The notes: generated by a model from the sequence alone, not told the origin. 64,000 nucleotides of DNA from Bacteroidales bacterium (GCA_035299385.1 DATGWQ010000268.1:3279-67278), one strand, 5' to 3'; numbered from the stretch's first letter, positions 16,472-26,936 are shown. Program-made: numbers and translations.

Positions 16472-19062
16472 AAGTGAAGAGTTCTATTAAAAGGAGATTT
16501 ATTCTGCTTCCTATGGCATTGCTTGTGTTCCATACGGTCAATGCCACGCATAACAGGGCAGGCGAGATTACATATGTGCAGAAATCGGATCTTACCTATG
16601 AGATAACACTTACAACCTTTACCTATACCCTGAGCTTTGCCGACAGGCCAACGTTGGAAATGGAATGGGGTGACGGTACTGTTTCAACAGCACAAAGAGT
16701 GCAGATGGTGCTGCTTCCAAATCAATACAGGAAGAATGTGTACATTATTGATCACACATTCCCCGGACCGGGAGTATACAAGATTGTTATGCAGGATCCA
16801 AACAGGAACCAGGGAGTGAAGAATATTCCGAATTCAGTCAACGTTGTTTTCTCGATCTCGACTATTCTCACGGTCAACCCTGCTCTCGGAAGGAACAGTA
16901 CGCCGGTGTTGCTTAATCCTCCTTACGACAAGGCAGCCTTCGGTCATATCTTCATTCATAATCCTGCTGCATTCGATCCCGATGGCGACAGCCTGTCTTA
17001 CAAGCTTACAGTCTGTACGAGAGAGGACGGGAAGCCCATCGAAAACTATACACTTCCCCCTGCAACGCATTCGATAAGGGTCGATTCAATCAGCGGAGAT
17101 CTTATCTGGGATACCCCGGCGGATACGGGCAAATTCAATGTTGCCATGGAAATACAGGAATGGAGGAACAAGAAAAAGATCGGGGTTGTTGTGCGGGACA
17201 TGCAGATCGAAGTATACAACACAAACAATAAACCGCCTGTCAATGCAGGCCTCAGAAACTACTGCGTGGAAGTTGGCAAACCGGTTGATTTTATCTTTTC
17301 GGCCACTGATCCCAACCAGGATAGCATCAGGCTCCGCGTAACATCCGGAGTTTTCGATATTGCCAATTGCAAGGCTACCTTCAGAGATTCTGTCAGGAAC
17401 AAAGGCTTTTCCAGCGGAAGGTTCCGGTGGGTGCCTTGTCATGAAGCTGTCAGGAACCAGCCATATGATGTAATCTTCAAATCGGAGGACAACGAAGATA
17501 TACAGCTTGCTGACATTGACAATATAGACATTAAAGTGCTCGGACCGCCTCCCAACCTGAAAACCGCAATTCCGGAGGGCAAGACAATCCGGCTGAGCTG
17601 GGACAATTATGGAACGGATTATATAGCCGGGTTCAGCATCTACAGGAGGGAAGGCACTTTCAACCTTGTGATGGACTCATGCACCTCCGGACTTCCGCAG
17701 AACTCGGGTTACGTCAAGGTAGGCTACATTGCCGGAAGCAATACCACCAGTTTCATAGACTCTGATAACGGTAACGGGCTGCAATATGGGCGGGAATTCT
17801 CCTACAGGATAGTGGCTGTTTATCCGAACGGAACGGAAAGCAAGCCTTCAAATGAGATACGATCAAATCTCATATCCGGCGTTCCTGTCATCACACAGGT
17901 AAGCGTCTCAACCACAGGTTCATCCAATGGAGCTATTCATCTTGCATGGCTTAAGCCGGCAGATTCAATACCGCCGCCATACAAGTACAGGATATTCAGG
18001 GCACCCGGGATTTCCGGTGACCAGTATCAGCTGATAAAGGAGCAAACAGATACAACCATGGTCGACAGCCTTCTGAATACACAGACCACCGGTTACCTTT
18101 ACAGGATCGAACTGATAAACAGCACCACCAACCAGCAGATCGGGGAACCGTCATACGCGTCATCCATATATGTAACAGCGCTCCCGGGCGACAGGAAGGC
18201 AAGGTTCGTAGTGAGCAGGAATGTACCATGGATTAATGCACACTATGACTTTTTCAGGTTTAATCCGGCAACCTCGCGATGGGATTCTGTCGGTACCACC
18301 ACACAGCTGAATTTTGTCAATACCGGTCTTGAAAACGGAAAGGAATATTGCTATTACGTCCGGTCTGTAGGCAATTATCCTTCAGCCTTTCTCCCGAAAA
18401 ACCTGGTAAACTACTCCGAAAGGATATGTGTGACTCCGGTCGATAATGAAGCTCCCTGCATACCCGCGCTGAATGTAACAAGCCAGTGCGACAGCCTTTA
18501 TAATATTCTTACCTGGACATTGCCTGATTCTCTTTGTATTGATGATGTGGCAGGCTACAGGGTATATTATAAGCTTACCAATGAGGAAAATCTGAACATG
18601 CTTACCGATATTCAGGATAAAAACACGAAAATGTACAGGCATTCACCTGGTGAGATTATTTCAGGATGTTATGCAGTGACAACATATGATATTAACGGCA
18701 ATGAATCATTTAAGTCGGTAATGGTGTGCATCGATTCGTGCGATTTTTATGAAATACCGAATGTTTTTACACCGAACGGAGATAACATTAACGACAGGCT
18801 GATTGCCAAGACTTCCGGTCTTGTGGAGTCTGTTAATTTCAAGCTCTATAACAGGAACGGCATGCTGATTTTCAGTACCGAAGATCCGAGATTGGACTGG
18901 GATGGGACCTATAAGGGTAATATTGTTACGCCAGGTGTTTATTTCTATTCATGTGACGTATTCGAAAGAAGAATAACGGGTATCGAGCAGTTCCATCTTT
19001 CCGGGTTCGTCCATGTAATTACCGAAAAGGGTTCGAAGCTGCAACCGCCTGTCACTAAATAG
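16468..19062 (+). CDS. large secreted protein with T9SS type-B (gliding-motility-associated) C-terminal sorting domain
   Basis: 864 aa with a signal peptide and N-terminal HNRAGEITY motif. The C-terminus PNVFTPNGDNINDRL...DWDGTYKG...PGVYFY is diagnostic of the type-B CTD. Confidence 0.8.
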   Translation: MKVKSSIKRRFILLPMALLVFHTVNATHNRAGEITYVQKSDLTYEITLTTFTYTLSFADRPTLEMEWGDGTVSTAQRVQMVLLPNQYRKNVYIIDHTFPGPGVYKIVMQDPNRNQGVKNIPNSVNVVFSISTILTVNPALGRNSTPVLLNPPYDKAAFGHIFIHNPAAFDPDGDSLSYKLTVCTREDGKPIENYTLPPATHSIRVDSISGDLIWDTPADTGKFNVAMEIQEWRNKKKIGVVVRDMQIEVYNTNNKPPVNAGLRNYCVEVGKPVDFIFSATDPNQDSIRLRVTSGVFDIANCKATFRDSVRNKGFSSGRFRWVPCHEAVRNQPYDVIFKSEDNEDIQLADIDNIDIKVLGPPPNLKTAIPEGKTIRLSWDNYGTDYIAGFSIYRREGTFNLVMDSCTSGLPQNSGYVKVGYIAGSNTTSFIDSDNGNGLQYGREFSYRIVAVYPNGTESKPSNEIRSNLISGVPVITQVSVSTTGSSNGAIHLAWLKPADSIPPPYKYRIFRAPGISGDQYQLIKEQTDTTMVDSLLNTQTTGYLYRIELINSTTNQQIGEPSYASSIYVTALPGDRKARFVVSRNVPWINAHYDFFRFNPATSRWDSVGTTTQLNFVNTGLENGKEYCYYVRSVGNYPSAFLPKNLVNYSERICVTPVDNEAPCIPALNVTSQCDSLYNILTWTLPDSLCIDDVAGYRVYYKLTNEENLNMLTDIQDKNTKMYRHSPGEIISGCYAVTTYDINGNESFKSVMVCIDSCDFYEIPNVFTPNGDNINDRLIAKTSGLVESVNFKLYNRNGMLIFSTEDPRLDWDGTYKGNIVTPGVYFYSCDVFERRITGIEQFHLSGFVHVITEKGSKLQPPVTK

Positions 19063-19068
19063 AATGCG

Positions 19069-20271
19069 ATGAAGAAGTTGACAATATTGATATTTTCAGT
19101 TATTTTTTCAGTTGCCCTTTACGGCCAGGAGGTTGCCGATCAGCTGCTCAGCGCAAAAGCTCTGATATCGCGCGGCGAAACTGAAAAAGCAATCTCCATG
19201 CTGGGTAGTGCAATTTCCGGACAGCCTGATTACAGGCTGTATCTTCAGCGAGCCGAAGCTTATTTGATGGCAGGCGACTACTCTGGTGCGTTAAGCGATT
19301 ATAATGAAGCTAATAATCTGAACTCCGGCTCCGGAGAATATGGTCTTTCAAGAATTTATGCATTGAAAGGCGATGTTGAAACATCATTATACCACCTCGA
19401 GAGGAATATAGGTTCAAACTGGAAGAAGAGCGAAAAAGACATTATGCTCGATCCTGCCTTCGGTGCAGTCGAGAATAAAGCAGGCTGGAAATCTTTCTGG
19501 AAAAAGGAAAGGTATACAGAGCTGGAGAGAAAAATTTCAGAGGTGGAATTTTATGCTTCTTCGGCCAGGCCTGATGAGGCAAAAGCGATTTCAGACGAGC
19601 TGAAAGCCGGCTATCCTGACAATGATGCTGTTTCTTATGCGGAAGCTCTTTATTACAATTCAGCACATAAACCCTCCGAAGCAATCAGAAGCATTACCCC
19701 GTTGATCGGAAAATATCCCGGTAATGAAAAATACCTGCGTGTGCTGGCGAAAGCTCAGGAAGAAACCGCGAATTCCGCCGGACTTACCGACACATATTCC
19801 AGGATGCTTGATTCCGGCGTAACCGATGCCGGGGTTCTTCTGAAAAGGGCAATGGCTTACAGGAAAACAGGGGAAAACGATAAAGCCCTGGCAGATATTC
19901 AGAAATATCTTTCATTTTATCCTTCCGATATGAATGCACTGAGCATGCAGGGTAAGACAATGGCGGCTTCAGGAGATAACCTCCGGGCCCTCGAGCTGTT
20001 TTCAAGGAATCTCAGCCTTCATCCCGAGGACCCTCAATGCTATATCGACAGGGCTGATTCATATTTTGTCTCCCGGACATGGGACAGGGCAATTGATGAT
20101 TACAGCATGTCACTCGACCTTAAACCAGGTAATCCTGAAGCATGGCTGAACAAGGGAATTGCCCTGCTTAACACTGCCAGGAAGCAGGAAGCCTGCCATG
20201 ATTTCAGGAAGGCGCTGAGCCTCGGTAACAAGAAAGCCTCGGAATATATTTCGAGGAACTGTATTAAGTAG
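19069..20271 (+). CDS. tetratricopeptide-repeat protein, secreted
   Basis: 400 aa with a signal peptide and multiple 34-aa TPR-like units (AEAYLMAGDYSGALSDYNEA, RAMAYRKTGENDKALADIQK, and others). Confidence 0.8.
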   Translation: MKKLTILIFSVIFSVALYGQEVADQLLSAKALISRGETEKAISMLGSAISGQPDYRLYLQRAEAYLMAGDYSGALSDYNEANNLNSGSGEYGLSRIYALKGDVETSLYHLERNIGSNWKKSEKDIMLDPAFGAVENKAGWKSFWKKERYTELERKISEVEFYASSARPDEAKAISDELKAGYPDNDAVSYAEALYYNSAHKPSEAIRSITPLIGKYPGNEKYLRVLAKAQEETANSAGLTDTYSRMLDSGVTDAGVLLKRAMAYRKTGENDKALADIQKYLSFYPSDMNALSMQGKTMAASGDNLRALELFSRNLSLHPEDPQCYIDRADSYFVSRTWDRAIDDYSMSLDLKPGNPEAWLNKGIALLNTARKQEACHDFRKALSLGNKKASEYISRNCIK

Positions 20272-20280
20272 TCTCATGTA

Positions 20281-20380
20281 CTCACCCCCAAGCCCCCTCT
20301 CTACTTCGTAAAGAGGGGGCTTGTGTTTTGGTGGCATCCCCCACTTTGCGTTATGCAGAGAGGGGGAACGAGGGGGTGAG
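20281..20380. other. nested C5/G5 stem structure between convergent genes
   Basis: The outer pair is CTCACCCCC (20281-20289) with GGGGGTGAG (20372-20380). One inner hairpin is GCCCCCTCT/AGAGGGGGC (20292-20320). A second is TCCCCC/GGGGGA (20337-20367). Confidence 0.6.
20292..20329 (+). terminator. rho-independent terminator after the TPR gene
   Basis: 9-bp GC-rich stem with an 11-nt loop, followed by TTGTGTTTT. Confidence 0.7.
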
Positions 20381-20395
20381 TTCGTGTGAGCACGG

Positions 20396-23245
20396 TTATC
20401 TTATATTATTCCTGATCCTGTCGAACAGGTCGTGAGGCTTGAAGGGCTTCAGCACATAATCATTTATATTCAGGTTCTCGATCTTGTCGTGGCTTTCCGA
20501 CATTATGGCTGCAGTAAGGGCGACAATAGGGATGTTCCTCAGCTTATCGTCAGATGAGTTTCTGATTATCCTTGTCGCTTCAATTCCATCCAGGACCGGC
20601 ATATGAAGATCCATCAGGATGAGATCAAATTCTTCTTTCTTAAGGATGTCAAGTGCAATTTGTCCGTTTTCGGCATGGGTGACCTGCACTCCCCAGTTTG
20701 TAAGGAACTTGTTGGCAACAAAGAAGTTTACCTTATTGTCTTCGGCGACAAGGATCTTTTTGCCTTCGAGTCCCGAATAGTTTTCAGGTACATCTGTTAT
20801 TTTCTGAATAGTTCCTTTCTCAGGAATTGTAAATGTAAGCGCAAAGCGGAATGTCGATCCCTTTCCAGGTTCACTGTCAAGCTCGATCTTCCCGCCCTGG
20901 AGCTCAATAAGCTTTTTGCATATGGCCAGACCAAGCCCTGTTCCACCGAAATGCCTTGTTGTATCAGGTGATGCCTGTGTAAAGCTTTCAAAGATCATCT
21001 CCTGCTTGTCTTTGGGTATTCCTATACCCGTATCAGCCACCGCAAATTCAATTGTTGACTGGCCCGGCGTTCTGACCAGCTCCCTGATGAAAACCCTGAT
21101 TCCACCAGTGTTGGTGAATTTCAGGGCATTGGACAGGAGATTTGAAAGTATCTGGTTCAGCCTTACTGAATCTCCTATCACCTCGCCGGGCAATATTCCC
21201 TGCTTTACTATATCGAAATCGAGGTTTTTTGCCCTGGACCTGAAGGAATAAGCTCTCATGATCTCCCCAAGGAAATTACCCAGGTTGAACTGCATCTGCT
21301 CGAAGACTATCTTCCCCGATTCCATCTTGTTGTAATCGAGCACATCGTTTACAAGGGTAAGGAGATGATTTCCGGAAAATTTCAGTGTATTTATGAAATC
21401 CATCTGGTCATCGCGCGGATTCCCCTGCAAAAGAAGATTGGTGATCCCGATAACTTCATTGAGAGGTGTCCTAATCTCATGGCTCATTGTTGACATGAAC
21501 TGCTGCTTCGACTGTGCAGCTTCCTCGGCTTTCTGTCGTTCATGTATGAGATTGTCCAGCATCATCCTGCGCTGGATGGTCATTGCAATCTGGTTTGCAA
21601 TGAACTCCATTATATACAGATCATCCTGGATGAACTTATCCTCGTCATTGTAATCCTGCAGGCACATAACCCCGATGATGTTCCCGTCGACCTTCAGCGG
21701 CACGCCCATCCATACGCGGCATGGTGTTCCGATAAGCTCTATATCGCCCGATTCCTCCAGGAGCTTAAGGTCGTTGTCCTTCAGCAATACCGATTTTTTC
21801 TGTTTGATTACCCAGCCGGTTATTGTGTTTTTTGTTGGTATCTCATAAAAGCTGTCTTTCTCATCAGAGAAAAAAGGGAGTGAAAGAGTGTCTTTTGTTT
21901 TATCGTAAAGTGCGATGAAGAAGTTGTTCGTGTCCCATATCTTGCTGAGTTCACGTACGATGATCGGGTAAATCTCCTGGATATCGTATTGTGCAAGTGC
22001 AGCGTTCGAGATGTTATATAATATCTCCTGCAACAGCTGGTTTTTTCTTTCGATTGTAATGTCACGGTAAACGCCAAGGTGAGCTACAGTCACATCATTG
22101 ATGACGATTGCACTTGCAACAAGCGAGACATTTATTGTCTTTCCGTCCTTGCACTTCCGGATGGTCTGCCTTACCTCTTTCCTGTTCATTTCGGCGAGAT
22201 TGTCGATAATCTCAGCCTCTTCCTTAAGGTCATCGGGAACGATAAGGTCATTGATGTTCCTGTTCACAGCCTCTTCTGCAGTAAACCCGAAAAGGGTTGT
22301 GAATTCCCTGTTTATCATCGTCACAATGCCGGTAGAATTAGTAATGACTATTGCAGCAGGTATTGAATTATAGGTATGTTCGAGAAAAGCCTTTTCCCTT
22401 ATTATCTGGCTCTCGTACTCCTTTTGCCTGGTGACGTCAGTAAGAACACCTTTGTAACTGACTATTCTGTCATTATGGAATGTTGCAAATGAATGGGTTA
22501 CCACAGGAACAGGCGTCCCGTCCTTTTTTAGGCAGATATACTCATGGCTCGAAACCTGGCCGGCGCTTTTCAGCGATTTCAGGTTTTCAATCATCTGCTT
22601 GTAATTATTTGGGAAAAGATCTCTTATATACAGGCCCCTTGAGATATCATCCTTTGAAAAGCCGAAAAACTTCAGGCCCATCTTATTCCCGTACCGTACC
22701 CTGCCATTGAGATCAACTTCATATATCATTTCAGGAAGCATCTCGGCGAATTTTTCGAAGATGGCCCCCTGCATTTTCAGGTCATCGGTGATTTTTTGCT
22801 GTGTTCCCGGTTCCCATGTTATCACGATGTTACCCGAAGAGAGGGGAAAGCCCATGTAATAACCTTCCGCATCTTCATTCGTTTCAGAAACTGAGAGTTT
22901 GTGCGCGTCACCGGTAATCCTGATATGGTCAAGAAGCTCATTCAGCTTCACCCTTCGTGAAAGTGGCGTCTGATCGAGGTATTTTCCCACCACCTCATTC
23001 CTGTTTATGAACTCGATCTGCTCGGCCCTGCGGTTGATGTCTTTGATGAATGGCCTGTTTTTGTGTCCGTAGCTGAAAAGCGCAAGATAGTGGCTGACCG
23101 TTCCAAAGATCTCCATCATTACATTCTCGCTTTCTGACGGGGAACGAAGCTTTGTAAATCCGTTTTTTGCATACAGCTCCTTTAACTCCTCTTCAAGATG
23201 CCTGTTTCTTTTTAACAGTTCTTCATATTGCTCTTTCAGGTCCAT
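20396..23245 (-). CDS. cytoplasmic hybrid sensor histidine kinase/response regulator (PAS-PAS-GAF-HisKA-HATPase-REC)
   Basis: 949 aa with no TM segment. H-box MSHEIRTPLN, G-boxes DTGIGIP and GGTGLGLAICK, and a C-terminal receiver ILVAEDN...LILMDLHMPVLDG...LKPF. Confidence 0.9.
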   Translation of the reverse strand: MDLKEQYEELLKRNRHLEEELKELYAKNGFTKLRSPSESENVMMEIFGTVSHYLALFSYGHKNRPFIKDINRRAEQIEFINRNEVVGKYLDQTPLSRRVKLNELLDHIRITGDAHKLSVSETNEDAEGYYMGFPLSSGNIVITWEPGTQQKITDDLKMQGAIFEKFAEMLPEMIYEVDLNGRVRYGNKMGLKFFGFSKDDISRGLYIRDLFPNNYKQMIENLKSLKSAGQVSSHEYICLKKDGTPVPVVTHSFATFHNDRIVSYKGVLTDVTRQKEYESQIIREKAFLEHTYNSIPAAIVITNSTGIVTMINREFTTLFGFTAEEAVNRNINDLIVPDDLKEEAEIIDNLAEMNRKEVRQTIRKCKDGKTINVSLVASAIVINDVTVAHLGVYRDITIERKNQLLQEILYNISNAALAQYDIQEIYPIIVRELSKIWDTNNFFIALYDKTKDTLSLPFFSDEKDSFYEIPTKNTITGWVIKQKKSVLLKDNDLKLLEESGDIELIGTPCRVWMGVPLKVDGNIIGVMCLQDYNDEDKFIQDDLYIMEFIANQIAMTIQRRMMLDNLIHERQKAEEAAQSKQQFMSTMSHEIRTPLNEVIGITNLLLQGNPRDDQMDFINTLKFSGNHLLTLVNDVLDYNKMESGKIVFEQMQFNLGNFLGEIMRAYSFRSRAKNLDFDIVKQGILPGEVIGDSVRLNQILSNLLSNALKFTNTGGIRVFIRELVRTPGQSTIEFAVADTGIGIPKDKQEMIFESFTQASPDTTRHFGGTGLGLAICKKLIELQGGKIELDSEPGKGSTFRFALTFTIPEKGTIQKITDVPENYSGLEGKKILVAEDNKVNFFVANKFLTNWGVQVTHAENGQIALDILKKEEFDLILMDLHMPVLDGIEATRIIRNSSDDKLRNIPIVALTAAIMSESHDKIENLNINDYVLKPFKPHDLFDRIRNNIR

Positions 23246-23276
23246 TTCAGGGTCAGGATAGTCGTGCCTAAATTAT

Positions 23277-23942
23277 TTATTCTTTTTTCTTTTTATCACG
23301 CGGAAGCACATTTTTCCTGTAATAATTGCAGATATTCTTCAAACCGCACTCACCGCAGAGGGGGTTACGCGATTTGCATATGTACCTGCCATGAAGAATG
23401 AGCCAGTGATGGGCATTATGCATCATTGAAGGAGCTATATGTTCCGAGAGCTGTTTTTCAACTTCGAAAGGTGTGCGGGCATTCCTCACCAGTCCTATCC
23501 TGTTCGCCACCCTGAACACATGAGTGTCCACAGCTATCACGGGCTTGTCATAAACCACGCTTGCAATCACATTGGCAGTTTTCCTGCCGACACCGGGGAG
23601 ACGCTGCAATTCCTCCGGTTCTGAGGGAACCCTGCCTTTGAACTCGGATACAAGCATCCTCGACATGGCTACGAGGTGCCTCGATTTATTGTTAGGATAT
23701 GAACATGACCTGATGTACTCAAATATATCCCTGGGTTCTGCTTTTGACATTGCCAGGGCATCCGGATATTTATCGAGCAGCGCAGGGGTGATCATGTTCA
23801 CGCGCTTGTCCGTGCACTGTGCCGAAAGGATCACGGAAACAATCAGCCCGAACGGATCTGTATACTCCAGCTCGGTGGACACATCAGGCCTGCTTTTCAT
23901 GAAGTACTCCCAGGTCTGTTCGTATTTTTCCCTTAATGTCAT
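23277..23942 (-). CDS. nth: endonuclease III
   Basis: 221 aa with HhH-GPD motif LPGVGRKTANV and the 4Fe-4S ladder CKSRNPLCGECGLKNIC. Confidence 0.93.
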   Translation of the reverse strand: MTLREKYEQTWEYFMKSRPDVSTELEYTDPFGLIVSVILSAQCTDKRVNMITPALLDKYPDALAMSKAEPRDIFEYIRSCSYPNNKSRHLVAMSRMLVSEFKGRVPSEPEELQRLPGVGRKTANVIASVVYDKPVIAVDTHVFRVANRIGLVRNARTPFEVEKQLSEHIAPSMMHNAHHWLILHGRYICKSRNPLCGECGLKNICNYYRKNVLPRDKKKKE

Positions 23943-23979
23943 CGATGAAAATAAAACAGGGCTTTAAGGTAACACTTTT

Positions 23980-23987
23980 TATCTTTG
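23980..23987 (+). promoter_or_regulatory. -7 box TATCTTTG for the ABC-F gene
   Basis: Perfect TAnnTTTG, 21 nt upstream of the ATG at 24008. Confidence 0.5.
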
Positions 23988-24007
23988 CATAAAATTAAGT
24001 CATTGTC

Positions 24008-25867
24008 ATGATAAGCTACCTGCAGGCTGAAAATATAAGTCGAAGAATAGGCGACAATCTCCTTTTTGAAGGAATCAGCCTCAATATCAACAAGGACGAC
24101 AAGGTAGCAATAGTTGCCGTGAACGGGGCAGGCAAGACATCGCTCCTTGATATTATTTCGGGAAAAGAAGCTCCCGACAGTGGCTTCCTGACCCTTAGGC
24201 GCGGATTGAAAATTGCTTACCTGGAACAATCCCCGGTGCTTGACGATTCCAACCGCATATTAGATGAACTGTTTTCAGCAGGAGGTGAGATTGCTGGCCT
24301 TGTAAGGGAATATGAAGAATGCCTGATTTCAGGATCTCCTGCCCGACTCCAGTCGCTGATCCAGAAAATGGATGATTTGAAAGCCTGGGATTACGAGGTG
24401 GCTGTAAAACAGATTTTGTTCCGGTTGAGGCTGACTGATCTTCACGAAAAGATAGGAAATCTCTCCGGCGGGCAGAAAAAGAGGGTGGCCCTGGCTAAAA
24501 TCCTTGCAGAGGAAGCTGACCTGATCATACTGGATGAACCTACCAACCACCTGGATCTTGATATGATAGAATGGCTCGAGGATTATCTTATTAAGTCGAA
24601 CAGGACCATTCTGATGGTGACACATGACCGGTATTTTCTCGACAGGATATGCAATGTGATACTTGAGCTTGATAATAAGGTGCTCTTCAGGTATGACGGC
24701 AATTATGAATACTTTCTTGAGAAGAAGGAAGAGAGGGAATATTCTGACAGGATGAACACTGAAAAAGCGAGGAACCTTCTCAGGACAGAGCTCGACTGGA
24801 TGAGGAGGATGCCAAAGGCGCGCCGTCATAAGGCAAAATCGCGTATCGATTCATTCTATGAGCTGAAGGAAAAAGCCGCAGGAAGACCCGGGGAAAAGAG
24901 CATCAATATAAATGTGAATGTTTCGCGGCTTGGCAAGAAGATACTCGAACTGAAGAACATTGATAAATCATACGGAGATAAAGTTCTGCTGAAAGATTTC
25001 ACATACAGTTTCAGCAGGTTCGAGAAAGCGGGGATCGTGGGACCGAACGGTTCGGGAAAAACCACACTGCTCGACATTGTAACCGGGGCAAAGCAACCCG
25101 ACAGCGGTACAGTGGAGAAAGGGGAAACAATTGTTTTCGGTTATTACAGGCAGGAAGGCATCAGCTTTGATGCCGAAATGACTGTGATTGACGCGGTAAA
25201 TGAAATTGCCGAAAAGGTGACAATCGGGAAAGGGAATACTCTTTCAGCAGGTCAGTTTCTTACATATTTTCTGTTTCCGCCTGACCGGCAGCGCACTTTT
25301 ATCAGGAAGTTGTCGGGAGGTGAAAAAAGGCGGCTTTACCTCTGCACTGTTCTTATGAGAAATCCCAATTTTCTCATTCTCGATGAACCCACCAACGACC
25401 TTGACATACTTACTCTCAACGTGCTGGAAGAATACCTGGCAGATTTCCCAGGGTGCGCCATTGTTGTCTCACACGACCGCTATTTTATGGATAAAGTTGT
25501 CGGGCATATTTTTGAATACAGGGGAAACGGGAACATCAAGGATTTCCCGGGCAATTATACGCAGCTCAGGGAGTACCAGGATGAAAATGAAAAAACCGGC
25601 ATTGAAGAAAAGAGATCCATTCCTGTTCCCAGGGAAAATCCTGTAAAAGGGAAAAAACCGGGGCTTACATTTAAGGAGAAGAAAGAGCTGGAACTGCTTA
25701 CCTCGGAAATTGAAAAGCTTGAAGCCGAAAAAAGAGAAATTGAATCTGAAATGAGCAGTGGAAAGAGTTCACCGGATGACCTGTATAAACTTTCCCTCAG
25801 GCATGGTGAGGTTATCAGGGAACTCGATGAAAGAGAGCTCAGATGGCTGGAATTAAGCGACAAATAA
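24008..25867 (+). CDS. ABC-F family ATPase (Uup/YheS-like, no membrane domain)
   Basis: 619 aa with two cassettes (GAGKTSLL/LSGGQKKR and GSGKTTLL/LSGGEKRR) and a C-terminal coiled coil. Confidence 0.9.
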   Translation: MISYLQAENISRRIGDNLLFEGISLNINKDDKVAIVAVNGAGKTSLLDIISGKEAPDSGFLTLRRGLKIAYLEQSPVLDDSNRILDELFSAGGEIAGLVREYEECLISGSPARLQSLIQKMDDLKAWDYEVAVKQILFRLRLTDLHEKIGNLSGGQKKRVALAKILAEEADLIILDEPTNHLDLDMIEWLEDYLIKSNRTILMVTHDRYFLDRICNVILELDNKVLFRYDGNYEYFLEKKEEREYSDRMNTEKARNLLRTELDWMRRMPKARRHKAKSRIDSFYELKEKAAGRPGEKSININVNVSRLGKKILELKNIDKSYGDKVLLKDFTYSFSRFEKAGIVGPNGSGKTTLLDIVTGAKQPDSGTVEKGETIVFGYYRQEGISFDAEMTVIDAVNEIAEKVTIGKGNTLSAGQFLTYFLFPPDRQRTFIRKLSGGEKRRLYLCTVLMRNPNFLILDEPTNDLDILTLNVLEEYLADFPGCAIVVSHDRYFMDKVVGHIFEYRGNGNIKDFPGNYTQLREYQDENEKTGIEEKRSIPVPRENPVKGKKPGLTFKEKKELELLTSEIEKLEAEKREIESEMSSGKSSPDDLYKLSLRHGEVIRELDERELRWLELSDK

Positions 25868-25895
25868 TTATCTTTATCACAGTAATGATCTGATC

Positions 25896-26936
25896 TTGGA
25901 AAAGATACTCATAGACAATCTGAACCCTGCATCCGAAATAAGGGTAGGGGATAGCTGGAAGGCTGTTTCAGAACTGATTCCTGACAGCGATGTCTTCATT
26001 GTAACCGATGAGAATGTCAACCGGATCTACGGTGATTACTTTCCAGATTTTCCTTTGATGGTCATTCCTGAAGGTGAGAAAAGCAAGAAGCTTGGGATGA
26101 TCGAACAAATATCAGCGGAAATGCTGAACAAAGACATTGACCGCTCGGGCTTTATCCTTGCAATAGGTGGTGGTGTTGTCTGCGACCTGGCAGGTTTTCT
26201 TGCAGCCGTTTACATGAGGGGCATACGATGCGGCTATGTCTCCACCACCCTGCTCGCACAGGTGGATGCAAGCACCGGTGGGAAAAACGGAGTTAACCTG
26301 GGCACATTTAAGAACATCCTGGGAACAATACGGCAGCCCGAATTTGTCATCTGCGATCCTTCAATGCTGCTGACTCTTCCAATGGAAGAATATCTTTCCG
26401 GTCTTGCCGAATTAATTAAAACTGCCATTATCGGCGACAGGGAGCTGTTTGATCTTATCGAGCAGCATCATGAAGACATAATGAAGAAGAATACCGATCT
26501 GCTTGAGATACTTGTTGCACGGGCTGTCAGGTTCAAAGCATCGGTTGTTTCTGAGGATGAACGCGAGAAAGGCATCAGGAGGATACTTAATTTCGGACAT
26601 ACATTCGGGCATGCGATTGAGCTTGAAAAATCCATCAAGCACGGCTTTGCAGTCGCTGCAGGAATGGAAATGGCTATCCGTTTTTCTGCAACGAAAGGCT
26701 ATTGCAGTGAGGCTGATGCTGAAAGAATGATCTCAATGCTGAAAAGATTCGGTCTCGATAAAAAACATAATGTCCTGGCTTCCAGGATTAAAGAGCTTGT
26801 CATGCACGACAAGAAAAGGACAGGGGACAACATTGATTTTATTTTCACAAGAGGTATCGGGAATGCATTTTATGAGAAAGTGAGCGAACCTGAGCTCATG
26901 GATTTTTATGGCAAATACGTTAATAACCAGTTGTAA
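25896..26936 (+). CDS. aroB: 3-dehydroquinate synthase
   Basis: 346 aa with GGGVVCDLAGFLA, DASTGGKNGVN and FGHTFGHAIE motifs. TTG start at 25896. The stop overlaps the aroC start by 1 nt. Confidence 0.88.
   Translation: MEKILIDNLNPASEIRVGDSWKAVSELIPDSDVFIVTDENVNRIYGDYFPDFPLMVIPEGEKSKKLGMIEQISAEMLNKDIDRSGFILAIGGGVVCDLAGFLAAVYMRGIRCGYVSTTLLAQVDASTGGKNGVNLGTFKNILGTIRQPEFVICDPSMLLTLPMEEYLSGLAELIKTAIIGDRELFDLIEQHHEDIMKKNTDLLEILVARAVRFKASVVSEDEREKGIRRILNFGHTFGHAIELEKSIKHGFAVAAGMEMAIRFSATKGYCSEADAERMISMLKRFGLDKKHNVLASRIKELVMHDKKRTGDNIDFIFTRGIGNAFYEKVSEPELMDFYGKYVNNQL

Noticed and set aside
20110-20337. 75-aa minus-strand ORF spanning the end of the TPR gene and the C5/G5 structure
   Set aside because: It overlaps the 3' end of a well-supported gene on the other strand and reads through a terminator hairpin (GGLGGEY...). 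It has no start context.
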